DNA from: Mobula hypostoma
Taxonomy: Eukaryota
Length of the DNA stretch: 64,000 bases
Assembly: GCF_963921235.1 (NCBI RefSeq)
Contig: NC_086097.1
Location: 16,554,001-16,618,000, forward strand
Reading direction: 5' to 3'
Made by a program: the position numbers and the translations under genes. A model generated the notes under the pieces. That model did not search any database. It saw only the letters and a program-made list of their open reading frames with translations, and was not told where the DNA came from. This document shows, piece by piece, positions 25,524-38,400 of this stretch (within the stretch, counting starts at the first letter, position 1; each line of letters starts with the position of its first letter).

Positions 25524-25672
25524 CTCCAAAACCAGTCGGTGTATGATCAAATGGTGGTCGATCAGTTAAGCGATCAAACTGTGGCCTTTCAAATCCCCCT
25601 CGGTTGAAAGGGTCTTTATTGTCCTGATAGTTGTGATATCCACTTGATCTACCAGGTGGACCATGAGGCGTT
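25524..25672 (-). CDS. YLPM1: YLPM1 coding exon ~10 (TPHGPPGRSSGYHNYQDNKDPFNRGGFERPQFDR...GFG)
   Basis: Acceptor atttacag, donor G|GTAACT, 149 nt, phase 2/1. Open frame that fits both neighbours. Confidence 0.9.
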
Positions 25673-26208
25673 CTGTAAATGAAGCATACAAAAATAATTA
25701 CTGGAAAAAGAATTTTGTTTACCTACATGGTAAATGAAAAGCATCAGCGCCTGACAAGTTCTCATCAGTGCCACTTTTCCTTGTTAATTCCAAATCCTCT
25801 TATTCCCTTGATATCCAACTACGCTCAGTGACTGAGCCTCCACAGCTCTTGGGTAGAGAATTTCAAAGATCTACATGCTGCAAGTGAAAAGCATCTTCTC
25901 ATTTTCTCCTGGAATGGCCATCTCCTTATTTTAAGTCTGAGAAACCCCCCCCCCCCACCCAGTTCTAAACACTCCAGTTCAGGGAAATACACCACTGAAT
26001 CTGCCACATCATAACTATCTCAATCTATCATACCTTTGCATCTATTAGAATATTGTGTCATTATTTTGGGCTCAGTTACAAAAAGAAATGAATATTGTGA
26101 TTTGGCTACCTTCATAAATATTCACTAGATGTGGCATAGAAATATTTATTCAGTGTACAGTATTCTTCATCTTGATTAATAACTTACTGAAATGGGTATC
26201 ATGCTTAC

Positions 26209-26383
26209 CTTTCTTCACGCCCAAATCTTTCACGATCAAATCCTTCCCTTTCAAAATCGCCCATCGATCTATCCCTGTATGGATCATGCTCTCTATCAAA
26301 ATCTCTACGATCCAAATAAGGATCTCCCCTTCGTTCTAAAAATGAATCTCTGTCTCCGAAACGATCTCGAGGGCCTAGTACAT
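26209..26383 (-). CDS. YLPM1: YLPM1 coding exon ~9 (RD/RE-rich: DVLGPRDRFGDRDSF...DRERFGREER)
   Basis: Acceptor tttctctttctacttag, donor AG|GTAAGC, 175 nt, phase 1/2. Confidence 0.92.
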
Positions 26384-26545
26384 CTAAGTAGAAAGAGAAA
26401 CACTTGAATGTAATATCTGCAGGCTATTTGACACATTTGGTCGCATGTATAAACGTACTAGCAAAATTGTATGAGACTTCATATACAATAAAAGATTCTG
26501 GTGTTTTCAATGATCAGGAAAAGTACTTCACAATTGTCAGCCTAC

Positions 26546-26638
26546 CTTTGTCATACATCCTTTCCCGTACTGGCTCAGGGCCGAGTGAAACTCGTTCACC
26601 ATAAGGGATCTGTTCAATCCTTCCTGGTGGTCCTGAAT
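26546..26638 (-). CDS. YLPM1: YLPM1 coding exon ~8 (DSGPPGRIEQIPYGERVSLGPEPVRERMYDK)
   Basis: Acceptor ttctctttcag, donor G|GTAGGC, 93 nt, phase 1/1. EQIPYGER motif. Confidence 0.94.
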
Positions 26639-27103
26639 CTGAAAGAGAATATAAAATGAAGTTTTTTTTTGTGAATAACCCACTCAAAAGTAATGCTTTT
26701 CAATGTTTACATTTATCAAGGGATCTTGCAGATTCTCATTTTAGCGACTCACACAAAGTAGCCTGAAAATAGAATTTTGCTGCTGAAAAAGGGTGCCGTT
26801 GCGAGTGTAACAACAACAGCGGTGAAAAAAACGTAACTGTTAAAGAGAAACTTTGAACTTGGAAGCACTTCAAGTGTCCAAACTGTCAACCAAGCCAGGA
26901 ATGGTATATGACAGAAACCTTATGTGCAGAAAAGAAATATGCACACTTTGCTGTCCTAAATGAACCAAGCTTTAGGCTCTACACTCTAAATTTTCCCCAC
27001 GACAATGCCATTTTGGTTACTACGTTTTAGTGAAGAATCAAAGGATATTTTACTGCTTTGAACATATCAGATAAGTGCAAGCAATTGTCAATTTCACACT
27101 TAC

Positions 27104-27329
27104 CACGTCCATGTCCATAATCAACTGTTTTCTGAATTGGTGGTGCCTTGCTTAGAGGAGCAGTCGAAATAGATGAAGGCTCACTGTATCCATAATTAGA
27201 ATCAGAATTTTTGGGTTGAGACACAGAATCCCATAAGCCATGGAATGTATCTGTATCCCAACGCTCTGATTGGATAGGAGCAGCAGATGGTCCAGGTCCA
27301 AGTAATGAGTTTTCAGTTTTTGTCATATC
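27104..27329 (-). CDS. YLPM1: YLPM1 coding exon ~7 (DMTKTENSLLGP...ERWDTDTFHGLWD...QKTVDYGHGR)
   Basis: Acceptor tcattgtag, donor G|GTAAGT, 226 nt, phase 0/1. ERWD..F.GLWD and TVDYGHGR motifs. Confidence 0.93.
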
Positions 27330-27522
27330 CTACAATGACATTTAGGAAAAAGCAATGACATGAGTAAGATGTTTGCATAGAACACAGGCACTACAAATCT
27401 CAAGATATTAAAAACCATATGCATGTACCATGTGAGGCTACCAAATAAACTATCGCAGAATAATATAACAGTAAAAAATAAATGCTGTAATTGTTAGTCA
27501 AACCCACAATAAGTTACAAAGT

Positions 27523-27870
27523 AGCACACACAAAATGCTGGAGGAACTATGAAGGTCAGGCAGAAGGAGAAAGTGGGGGGAAGGGGATGGAGTACAAGCT
27601 TGAAGGTGATAAGTGAAGCCAGGTGAGAGGGAAGGTAGGTGGGTGGGGAGGGGGATGAAGTGAGTAGCTTGGAGGTGACAGGTGGAAAAGGTAAAGAGAA
27701 AGAATCTGATAGGGGAGCAGAATGGACTATGGGAGAAAAGGGAAAAGGGGCATGAGATGGAGATGCTAGGCTGGTGAGGAGAAGAGAAGGGATAAGAAGG
27801 GAACAAGAAAGAGGAATGGAAAAAAGAAAAGGGGGAGGGAAGAAATCACTAGAATTGGAGAGATCTATAT
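27523..27870 (-). mobile_element. Penelope-like 3' UTR/terminal fragment (hammerhead segment deleted)
   Basis: cacacacaaaatgctggaggaact start, followed by a purine-rich tract similar to the other Penelope copies. Confidence 0.65.
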
Positions 27871-28234
27871 TGTGAGGCTAGTCTTTATAATCCTTCTTAA
27901 ATGAAGTCACATAAGCTGCCCTCCAAATCTTCCAGTACCTTATCTGTGGCTAAAGATGACACAAGTATATCTGCCGAGTCCCCACAATTTCTTACCTGCC
28001 TTCCCACAATATCCTATGATACATTTACTCAGGCCCTGGGGATTTATTTACCTTTATACACTTTAAGACTGCCAGCACCTCCACTTTTGTAAAGTAGATT
28101 TTTATTTTAGGTCATCACTGTTAGTTTCCCTTGCTTCTATGACTTTATCCATGGGATAAAAATGAGAAATATTCATTTAGTATCTCACCCATCTCCTATG
28201 GCTCCACACATAGAGGACTATATTGATCATTACA

Positions 28235-30500
28235 TCAGAGCAGAATTAGGCCATTTAATCCATCAAGTCTGCTTTACCATTCTAACATTGATGATTTAGC
28301 ATTCTGACTCAACCCTCTTCTCTTGCCTTCTTCCCTTAATCTTTCACACTCTTACTAATCAAGCACTTATCAATCTCCCCTTTAAATATAACCAATGACT
28401 TGGCCTCCACAACCACCTGTGACGACAAATTCCACAGATACACCACCTTCTGGATTTAGAAATTCATCTTCAGCTCTGTTTTAAAAAAACATCCTTGTAT
28501 TCTAATGCTATGCCTCTGGTCCTACATTCTCCCACTTCTGGAAATATCCTCTGCACGTCCACTCTATCCAGGCCTTTCAATATTCGAAAGGTTTCAATGA
28601 GATTCTCCCTTAGTCTTCTAAATTCCAGTGAGTACAGGCCCAGAACCATCAAAGGCTCCTTAAAAGATAACCTTCTCATCCTTAGGATTCTTCTTCAAAC
28701 CTTCCTCTAGACCCTCTCCAACAGCGGCAGATCTGTCCCTAGATATGGGCTCCAAAACTGCTTACAGTACTCCATGTGTGATCTGACCAATGTGTTATAA
28801 AGCCTTAGCATTACAACCTTGCTTTGACATTCTAGCACTCCTGAAATTAACAATAATACAGATCCACAATCCCTTATCTGAAATCCTTGGGTCCAGCTGC
28901 ATTTCGGAATTCAGAATTTTTCAGATTTCAGAAAATTGATAATTATATTGATAATTAACCTGTCTCAGTGCAGGTGGACTTTAGGACCCAGGGGAGCTCT
29001 GGACCTAGGCACATCCTCCCATATACTTTAAATCATCTCTAGATTACTTATAATACCTAATACAATGTAAATGCTATGTAAATAGTTGTTATACTGTATT
29101 ATTTAGGGAATAATGACAAGAAAAAAGTCTACGTGCTCAAACAACAGGTGCTGGAGAGAGAACTTCCGGGTTTTCCCAATCCACGCTCTTTTTGACTTAT
29201 TGGAATAAATATAGAACGTCAATACTCTAGGGCATATACAGGTTCAAACTAAGCTAAATACTCTACAGGTACCTGATGAGCCAGGAACAGGATTCTCAAT
29301 TTATGAAGCAGCTCTACGACAGACGACGTTTTTAAAGACTTCTTCAAGTGTCATCTGATTAACATAGGTTTTTGTCTAAGCAATCTCTCTTAAACTGAGT
29401 AAACTGCCATAATCTCATTGTTACCCATAGGGGTATATGCAGCTCTTTTTGACATTTTCACAGTGAAATTAAACATCAAGTCAACAGTGAACACAAAATA
29501 TCAGCGAACAGCAAATGCACGTATAACCAGAACGAGCGCTGAGCCACAACCGACATCTGGCGGCCTCTGCTAGTGCTGCCACGTCACACCTGAATGACGT
29601 CAGCTGTTGGCGTGCCAAATGACACGCTCCACGAAAAAAACTTCTGTTTTCGGATTTCAGAATTTCGGATAAGGGATTGTGGACCTGTATTGCATTTGTC
29701 TTCCTCACTAACTCAACCTGCAAATTAACCTTTAGGGAATTCTGCACTAGGACACGAAAGCTTCTTTCCACTTCTGATTTCTGAGATCACTCCTCTTTTC
29801 AAAAATAATCAGTGCCTTTGTCCCGTCTACCGACGTGCATGACCATACACTTCCCTGCAATGTTTTCCATCTGCCACTTCCTTGACCATTCTCCAAATCT
29901 GTCTAAGCCCTTCTGCGGATCCCCTTCCCCTCCAACTATCTTTGTACCAGTCACAAACTTTGTCACAAAACCATCAATTCGGTCATCAGGGTCATTAACA
30001 TATAACATGAATGATATCGAATCCAACACCGACCCTTGTGGAACACCATTAGTCTTTGGCAGCTAACCTGAAAAAGCCTGTTGTTCCATACTTTGCCTTC
30101 CGCTAGTCAGATAATGTTCTATCCATGCCAATATTTCTTCTGTAATACCGTGGCTCATGTGCGGCACTTTGTCAAAGGCCTTCAGAAAATCCAAATTAAC
30201 AACATCCACCAACTCTGCTTTGGTTATCCTGCTTGCTACTTGCTCTAAGAATTCCAACGTATTTGTCAGGCAAGATCTCCCCTTAAGGAAACAATGCTGA
30301 CTTTGGCCTATTCTATCATATGCTTCCAGATATCCTAGGATTTCATCCTTAATAATGGACTCTAAAATTTTACCAACCACTTAAGTTAGGCTAACTGGCC
30401 TATTATTTCTTGTCTTTTTCCTCCTTGGACTGAGATGGAACCATTCCTGACTGTAATGATTCTTTAATTACTGTAAATGCCTCCACAATCTCTTCAGTAA
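28235..30500 (-). mobile_element. CR1 LINE fragment split by a Tigger-type MITE
   Basis: ORFs 28470..28679, 29799..30029 and 30063..30380 are CR1 RT peptides. Confidence 0.88.
28859..29687. mobile_element. Pogo/Tigger-type non-autonomous DNA transposon
   Basis: TA|CAGATCCACAATCCCTTATCTGAAAT ... ATTTCGGATAAGGGATTGTGGACCTG|TA. Subterminal TTTCGGA/TTTCAGA repeats. Confidence 0.9.
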
Positions 30501-30663
30501 TCCTTCAAGCAGACCTGGTCTCTCTTGTCCCCTTAAGGATAACAAAGCAAAAAAAAAGGCAACTATCTTTCAAATGCTGCTGCACTTTTTCATGTGATTG
30601 CCATAGACAACTCAAATGCTCTATCATTCATTTTTTCTCAGTGTTAGCTGGATATCCTCTTAC

Positions 30664-30757
30664 CTTGTAAAAGTCTTTACCAGTTTTAGAGTTTTGGTAG
30701 TCTTGAATTACTGGAGGCATTCCAGTAGAATCAGTTTTGCCAATCTCCTGTAACTCA
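30664..30757 (-). CDS. YLPM1: YLPM1 coding exon ~6 (ELQEIGKTDSTGMPPVIQDYQNSKTGKDFYK)
   Basis: Strong acceptor ttttttcttgtacttcag, donor AAG|GTAAGA, 94 nt. Phase 2/0 exactly bridges the flanking exons. The peptide itself is poorly conserved. Confidence 0.85.
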
Positions 30758-30934
30758 CTGAAGTACAAGAAAAAAAGTTCAATCACTGGGTTTAATTCTG
30801 GTGAAGGAGACAGTTGCATTCATAACAGAAAGCTACAGGTATAACAAATATAACCGTAGTGACTTAGACTAGAAATTTTATTTCATGGGTGAAATATCTG
30901 TCTTGCTTCAAGCACAAGAAAAGCAATACAGACT

Positions 30935-31530
30935 TCAGAATCAGGTTTATTGTCACTGACATGTCATGAAATTTGTTGTTTTGTGGCAGCAGTACAATAT
31001 AGGCATAACAAGTTACTATAAATTAAATATAAACTAAATAAATAAATAGTGCAAAAGAGGAAGTGTTCATGAACCATTCAGAAATCTGACAGCAGAGGTG
31101 AAGAAACTGTTCCTAGAAGGTAGTGTGTTCAGGCTCCTTTACTTCATCCCTGATGGTAGCATTGAGAAGATAGCATGTTCTGGATAATGAGGGTTCTTAA
31201 TGATGGATATCTCCTTCTTAAAGGCACCAACTTTGGAACATGTCCTCTACCCATGGGTTTGCACCCATGATGGAGCTGTCACTTGGCACTCTGTACCAGA
31301 GAGTGATGCAACCAGTCAGAAGGCTTTCCAGGTTACTTAAGTGGAAATTTACTAGTCTTTGGTGATGTACCAAACCTCCTCAAACTCCTAATTAAGTAGA
31401 GCCCCTGTGTGCCGCAGTCATGATTGTATCAATATGTTAAGCCCAGGAAAGATCCTTTGAGATGGTGATGCTCTTTCCACTGCTGACCCCTCAATGATGA
31501 TTGGTGTGTGTTCTTCCAACACCTTTCTTG
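30935..31530 (-). mobile_element. Rex1/Babar-like LINE 3' fragment
   Basis: Tail cagaatcaggtttatt..cactgac, shared with ~53452. Degenerate C-terminal RT region. Confidence 0.6.
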
Positions 31531-32269
31531 AGGGCAGTCGAAAAATATGCCAGAGAACCCAGTATGGCTGAGGGTGGGGCAATAAATGTAAATGTTCTAC
31601 TTCTCTTACAGATAAGTATCAAATGTGCTAAAAACTCTAATGAATTCCTTTTTGGGTAAATAGCTTGCTTTTAAAGTTCATGTCACCAATGAAAGGTTTC
31701 TTAAGTATCTGTAATTAAAGTGATATGCAAAGGCAATGTTTTCCCCTGCTTTTTGTCCCATTAGTATCTAAAAGTAAATCAAAACACCCCTGAAAGGAAA
31801 GGTGTTATCCTGTATATATCAGGAAGCTGGTCAGAATATCAAATAACTCTCTGGAACATCCAAATTACAGCTGCATCATTGCTTAATACTGTGGCTGAAC
31901 ACAACTGGCCAATAATAACTTCACCATGGTCATACCAATCTTCTTCATCCATAGTTCATCAACATAAAGCACAATCATGCTGTGTTGATAGGCTTCTGCA
32001 AATCAAGCTTCCACATTTCAGATCATCCTAGAAATCACATTTCCTAAACTGAATTTAGGGAGTTTCAGAATCAGATTAATTATTGCTTACTTATATAATG
32101 TGCAATTTGCAGTTTTGCAATAGTGAAAGTCTTTGCTTGGAGTTTTGATCACAAAAAAAAAGTCTCAGTGTTAGTCCCATTAAAGAACCAGATTGAACTG
32201 GGAAACATGGCCAAACAATTTTTAAATGGTGAATGATGCAATCATCTGGGTGCCATCAGAAACAAATGA

Positions 32270-33260
32270 TAAACACAAGAGATTTTCTGCAGATGCTGGA
32301 AATCCAGAGCAACACCCATAAAATGCTAGATGAATTCAGCAGGTCAGGCCACATCTATGGAAATGAATAAACAGTCAACATTTCAGAATGAGACTCTTCA
32401 CCAGGACCAGAATAAGGTGGGGAGAGGGGAAGGGTGAAGCCAGGTGATTTGGGAAGGAGGGGGGGTTGAAGTAAGAGGCTGGTGATAGAAAATGTAAAGG
32501 ACTGGAGAAGAAAGATTCTGATAGGAGAAGAAATTGGACCATGGAAGAAAGGAAGAGAGGCATTGGCGGAAGTGATAAGACAAGTGAGGAGAAAAGACTG
32601 GCCATCAGGAAATCCTGTTTTTTTGCAGATGGAGTGAAGGTGCTTGACAAAGCAGTCTGCCCACCAATGTGGAGACCACATTGAGAGCACCGGATATAGC
32701 AAACAACCTCAAAAGATTCACAGGTGACGTGTTGCCTCAGCTGGAAGGATTGTTTGGGCCTTAAACGGAGTTGAGGGAGGAGATTAATTGGTAGGTGTAG
32801 CATTTCTTCTGCTTGCAAGGATAAATGCCAGGAGAGAGATTAGTGGGTAAGGACAAATTGACAATGGAATCACAGAGAGAGCAAACCCTGTGGAAAGCGG
32901 AGAGTAGGGGTAGGCAAAGTTGCATTTGATGGTATCATTCTGTTAAAAATGGCAAAAGTTGTGGATATTGATGTGCTGGATGAGGAGACTCATGGGGTGG
33001 CAGGAGGAGACTCATGGGGTGGTAGGTGAAGACAGGAGTTACTCTATCCCTATTAGGGGGCAGGAGATGAAGTGAGGGTGGATGTCCGGGCAATGGAGGA
33101 GATGAAGGTGGAGGCAGGATAACCGCTGGAGGACATCGCTGATGTCGGGAAAGGAATGTCTCATTCTCAAACTAAGTGCGCTGGAGATGAAGGAACTGAG
33201 AAAGGGGATGGAATGGCATTTTTACAGGAGACAGAGGGAAGAGGTATAATCAAGATAGAA
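32270..33260 (-). mobile_element. Penelope-like retroelement fragment (GIY-YIG endonuclease region plus terminal repeat)
   Basis: ORF 32375..32818 contains PKQSFQ.RQH.TCES..V.Y.IRCSQCG.HIG (Zn-knuckle/GIY-YIG of PLEs). Degenerate hammerhead at 32373-32408. Confidence 0.82.
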
Positions 33261-34161
33261 ACAACGAACAAATGATGTTGCACGGTAAACTAGTGTTCTC
33301 TTCATTCGTCAAAAAGCCTCAAAAAGACAGCATCCATCATTAAGGATCCCCATCACCCAGGACATGCCTTCTTCATATTACCACCATGAAGCAGGGGATA
33401 CAGGAGCCTGAAGACACACTCAACATCTTAGCAACAGCTTCTTCATGTCTGCCATCAGATTGCTGAATGGACAATTAACCCAGGTACACTACCTCATTAT
33501 TTTTACACTACTTATTTATTTTCATAATTTATTTCTTATTGTAATTTATGGCTTTAAATTATTACGTATTGCACTGTACTGCTGCCTGCTGTTATAAGGA
33601 CTATAAAATGGTTCCCTGGTATATTAAGATGGACTCCTGACTTTGCAATCTGCCTCGTTATGATCTTGCACCTTATTGTTTACCTATACTGCAATTTCTC
33701 TGCAGCATTTACGATTTATTCTGCATTCTGTTAATGTCTTACCTGCTCTTCCGCAATGCACAGTATAATGACTTCTTCTGGATGAACGGTATGCAAGAGA
33801 AACTTTTCACTGTATTTCAGTACATGTGGCAATACTAAAGCAATTCCAATCCCAAGTTCAATTCTAATTTATTTTCTCCAAATGGAACCACTGCTAACTT
33901 ATCTGGAGGCATCATATACAGAGTATTCCTTCATCAGAAGCATTAAAACAATTACATTTTCATGTATATTACCTCGTAGTGTATATATGTTCTTATTGTA
34001 AACTTTTGCCATTTATTGGCCACATGGTGGGTTTTTAAAGAGAGTGAAAAGCCACAGTGTGTAAAATTGAAAATTTAGTCAGAGGAATTTGGTGCAGAGA
34101 GTAATGACTGCAAGACTTGTAGTGGTTCACTCAAGCTTGAGGTTTAAACATTTAATCAGAG

Positions 34162-34240
34162 CAGGAGATCACAACCTTATTTACGACATGGACCAATACC
34201 ATTAAGCAAAGGGTCTGTGGACCCCTGGTTGAAACCCCTG
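34162..34240. mobile_element. ~80-bp hAT (Charlie-like) MITE
   Basis: Imperfect TIRs CAGGAGATCACAACC ... GGTTGAAACCCCTG. 8-bp TSD aatcagag / attcagag. Confidence 0.8.
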
Positions 34241-35446
34241 ATTCAGAGTTTTAGTCCCTGATGAAAGTCAATGTTCTACCCTTTTAAAGAACAAAAATAT
34301 AAAACATAAACAATGTAGATTAATTTATACGAGTTATGCGTCTGGACTGCAAAAAGTATTGTTGATGTTTTGAAAAAAAAACATCAGAAGCATTCTAGTA
34401 TCTGCAGTCTCTTGTATCACGAAGTCTTAAATATTGGAGAAAAAGAGATAACAACAGAAAAGCACAGGTCACTAACCCTGCTTTGGATAGCAGCAAATTC
34501 CATTATATTAATTATTAAACATCTCCACAAGAGCTATAACCTGAAATGGTACTGGACCATAAGAAAACTTCAATAGGTAGGCTAAAGGAGTGGTGTGAAA
34601 GGTTCTATTTCATGCAACAAGGGCAGAGATACACAAAGAAGCAACACCGCTGGAACCTGTTTACCTGAAGTAAGAGAGAAAGGGGAGTTCTTGGTGGAAA
34701 GGATAAATGGGACTTTAAACTGAGGAATTGGAGTGTTAAAAAAAACAGAAAATAAACCAAAAACAATGAACCAAGAAAGGTAGACTAAGGGTCCTGACTG
34801 TGTGGAAAACATCATGTGTGGTCCCAGTAGCCAAGAAGGTGTCATTAGAAAGTCTTGAAAGGCTACCTCCCAGCAGCCCTGACTTCACACATTATGAAGT
34901 CCCAAGAGGCTGGTCCTGTCTCACCTCTTGAACCCTGGTCAGATTAGCCCTCGATCCCCTGCAGTTTGCTTACTAGGAGCACAGTGGAGTCGAAGATGCT
35001 GTCATCTACTTGCTGAACAGAGCCTTCTCCCATTTGGATAAGCAGGGCAGCACTGTGACGATCATATTTTTTTGATTTCTCAAGTGCCTACAATACCATA
35101 CAGCCTTCATTGCTGGGGGAAAAGCTCCCTTCAATACAGGTTGGCACTTCCATTATATCCTGGATAATGGACTTTCTGACTGGCAGACCACAACTTGTGC
35201 AGCCTCGTAATATAATTTTTATTGAGTTTTCAAAAAGAATACATGAAAAGATAAAAACTACTCTCCCCCCTCCCCTTAACCCTCCCCCCCCCATATATAG
35301 TCCTGCCTAAAAAGAAAGAAAAGAGAAAAAAAAAGAAAGAACCGCCTGGGTATTGGAAGGTTTCGACATGCTCCATGGGATTCAAAATAAATTTGGTATA
35401 ATTATTCGTTACTTTCCCCAAGGGACCAAAGTCTTTATCGGAGCAC

Positions 35447-38400
35447 TTAAATATGCCACCCTATCTTTTGTAAATAAGGGCGCCAAATATTCAAAAATGT
35501 TACATATTTATCTCTTAAATTATAAGTAATTTTTTCGAGTGGAATAGAACTAGCCATTTCATTATTCCAACGATCCATACTTAAATACGAATCAGATTTC
35601 CAAGTAACTGCTATAGTCTTCTCAGCTACTGCCAATGCAATTTTTATAAATTCTTTCTGATATTTATTCAATTTAAATTTCGGTTTTATCCCTTCAATAT
35701 CACCTAATAGAAATAATACAGGGTTATGTGGAAGTTGAGTTCCAGTAATTTGTTCCAATAAGACTCTTAAATTTATCCAAAAAGGTTGAATTTTAAAACA
35801 AGACCAAGTAGAATGTAAAAAAGTAGCAATTTCTTGATTACACCGAAAGCATTATCAGATAGATTTGAATTTAATCTATTTATTTTTTGTGGTGTAATAT
35901 ATAATTGGTGTAAAAAATTATATTGTACTAATCTAAGTCGAACATTTATTATATTTGTCATACTGTCAAGACAGAGTCTTGACCAATTTGTTTCATCAAT
36001 ATTAATATTCAAATCTGTTTCCCATTTTTGCTTTGACTTATGGGTTCCTTGTTTAATTGTCTGTTCTTGAATCAAATTATACATACAAGAAATAAATTTT
36101 TTAATTTTCCCTTTTTGAATTAAAATTTCAATTTCATTAGGTTTTGGCAAAAACATTGTTTGACCCAGCTTACCTTTTAAGTAAGCCCTTAATGGAAAGT
36201 AACAAAAGAAAGTATTATTTGATATTTTATAATTATCCTTTAATTGTTCAAATGACATCAATATACCTTGTTCAAAACAATCTCCTATAAATTTAATCCC
36301 TTTTTGGTACCAATTATATAAAAGTTGATTGTCCATTGCAAAAAGGAATAAGTCTGTTTTGGAACAAAGGTCTCCTTGCTAATAGAGATGTGTTTCATTC
36401 TGTGTTTCATTATCAACATTTATCTTATTCCATAGATCAATCAAATGTGTTAATATAGGAGATTCTTTCTTTTCCCGTATCCATTTAGATTCCCATTTAT
36501 ATATAAAATCTTCAGGTCTATTTTCTCCTATCTTGTCTAGTTCTATTTTAATCCATGCTGGTTTTCGATCATCGAAGAAAGATGCAATAAATCTAAGTTG
36601 ATTTGCTTTATAATAGTTTTTAAAGTTTGGAAGTTGTAACCCTCCTAACCCAAATTTACATGTCAATTTTTCCAATGATATTCTTGACATTTTACCTTTC
36701 CAAAGAAATTTTCTCACACATTTATTTAACTCTTGAAAAAATTTCTGTGGCAGTTGTATTGGTAATGTTTGAAACAAATACTGCAATCTAGGAAACATAT
36801 TCATTTTTACAACATAGACTCTACCTACTAATGTTATTGGTAGTATCATCCATTTGTCAAAATCTTCTTGAATTTTTTTCAATAGTGGTAAATAATTAAA
36901 TTTATATAAATTCTTTACATCATTATCAAGTCTTATACCTAAATATTTTATACCATTTACCAGCCATCTAAATTGGGTTACGAATCGACATTGACTATAG
37001 TCTCCTTTAGTGAGAGGTAAAATTTCACTTTTATCCCAATTTATTTTGTAACCTGATACCTTCCCATATTCATCCAATCTAGAAGATAATTTATGTAACG
37101 AATGTTGTGGGTTTGTTAAGTAGAGCAAAACATCATCAGCAAAAAGATTAATTTTATATTCCTCCTGATTAACTCTAAAACCCATAATATCTGGATCAAT
37201 TCTGATTAGTTCTGCTAATGGCTCTATCGCCAGCACAAATAAAGCAGGTGATAATGGACAACCTTGTCTAGTTGACCTTTTTAACTGGAATGGTGTTGAA
37301 ATTTGAGAGTTTGTCACTACTTTAGCTTTAGGGTTAGAATTTAAAGTTTTAATCCAATTTATAAAAGATGTTCCTAATCCATATTTTTCTAATACTTTAA
37401 ATAAAAAATCCCATTCTAATCTATCAAATGCTTTTTCTGCATCCAAAGCTACTACTATACTCTTCTCGTCCCTTTTTTGTGCCAAATGAATTATACTGAG
37501 TAGCCGGGTTACATTATCTGCCAATTGTCTATTTTTAATAAATCCTGTTTGATCCATATGTATTAATTTTGGTAAATATTTAGATAATCTATTCGATAAA
37601 ATTTTTGCTATTATTTTATAATCCATATTCAATAAAGAAATAGGCCTGTATGATGTTGGTTTCATAGGATCTCTGTCTTTTTTTGGCAATGCTATTACAA
37701 TCGCTGTTGAAAAAGATTCTGGAAGTTTATGTATTTTTTCTGCTTGACGTATTAGTTTCATAAAAAGAGGAAATAATAAATCTTTAAATTTTTTATAAAA
37801 TTCAAGTGGAAAAACATCTTCTCCTGGAGATTTATTACTTTGGAGTGATCCTAAAGCTTCTTCAACTTCTTTTAATGTAAAAGGCATATCTAATCCCTTC
37901 TGTTCTTCCAAATTCAATTTTGGAAGAGAAACTTGTGATAAAAACCTTTCTATCTCATTAACATCATTTTGGGATTCTGATTGATATAATTCAGAATAGA
38001 AATTTTTAAAGGTTTCATTTATTTCAAGAGGTTTATAAGATATTTTATTTGCCCTTGTTCTAATTGCATTTATTGTTTTGGAAGCTTGTTCTGTTTTCAA
38101 CTGCCAGGCAAGAATTTTATGTGCTCTCTCACCTAACTCATAATACCTTTGTTTAGTTCTTATAATTGCTTTTTCCATTCTATATGTCTGAAGCGTATTA
38201 TATAGTAACTTCTTACTGACAAGTCGTCTTCGTTTTTCTTCTGACATATATCTTTGAGATTCTTTTTCTATTTTTGTAATCTCTTTTTCCAATTGATCTA
38301 GTTCTGCCATATATTCTTTCTTAATTTTAGACGTATAACTTATTATCTGGCCCCTAAGATATGCTTTCATCGCATCCCATAATATAAATTTATCATCCAC

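Noticed and set aside
29270..29300. CTGATGA motifs (also near 34258 and 49470) as hammerheads or C/D-box snoRNAs
   Set aside because: No stem II plus GAAA arrangement and no convincing D box or terminal stem. No intronic snoRNA could be supported by eye.
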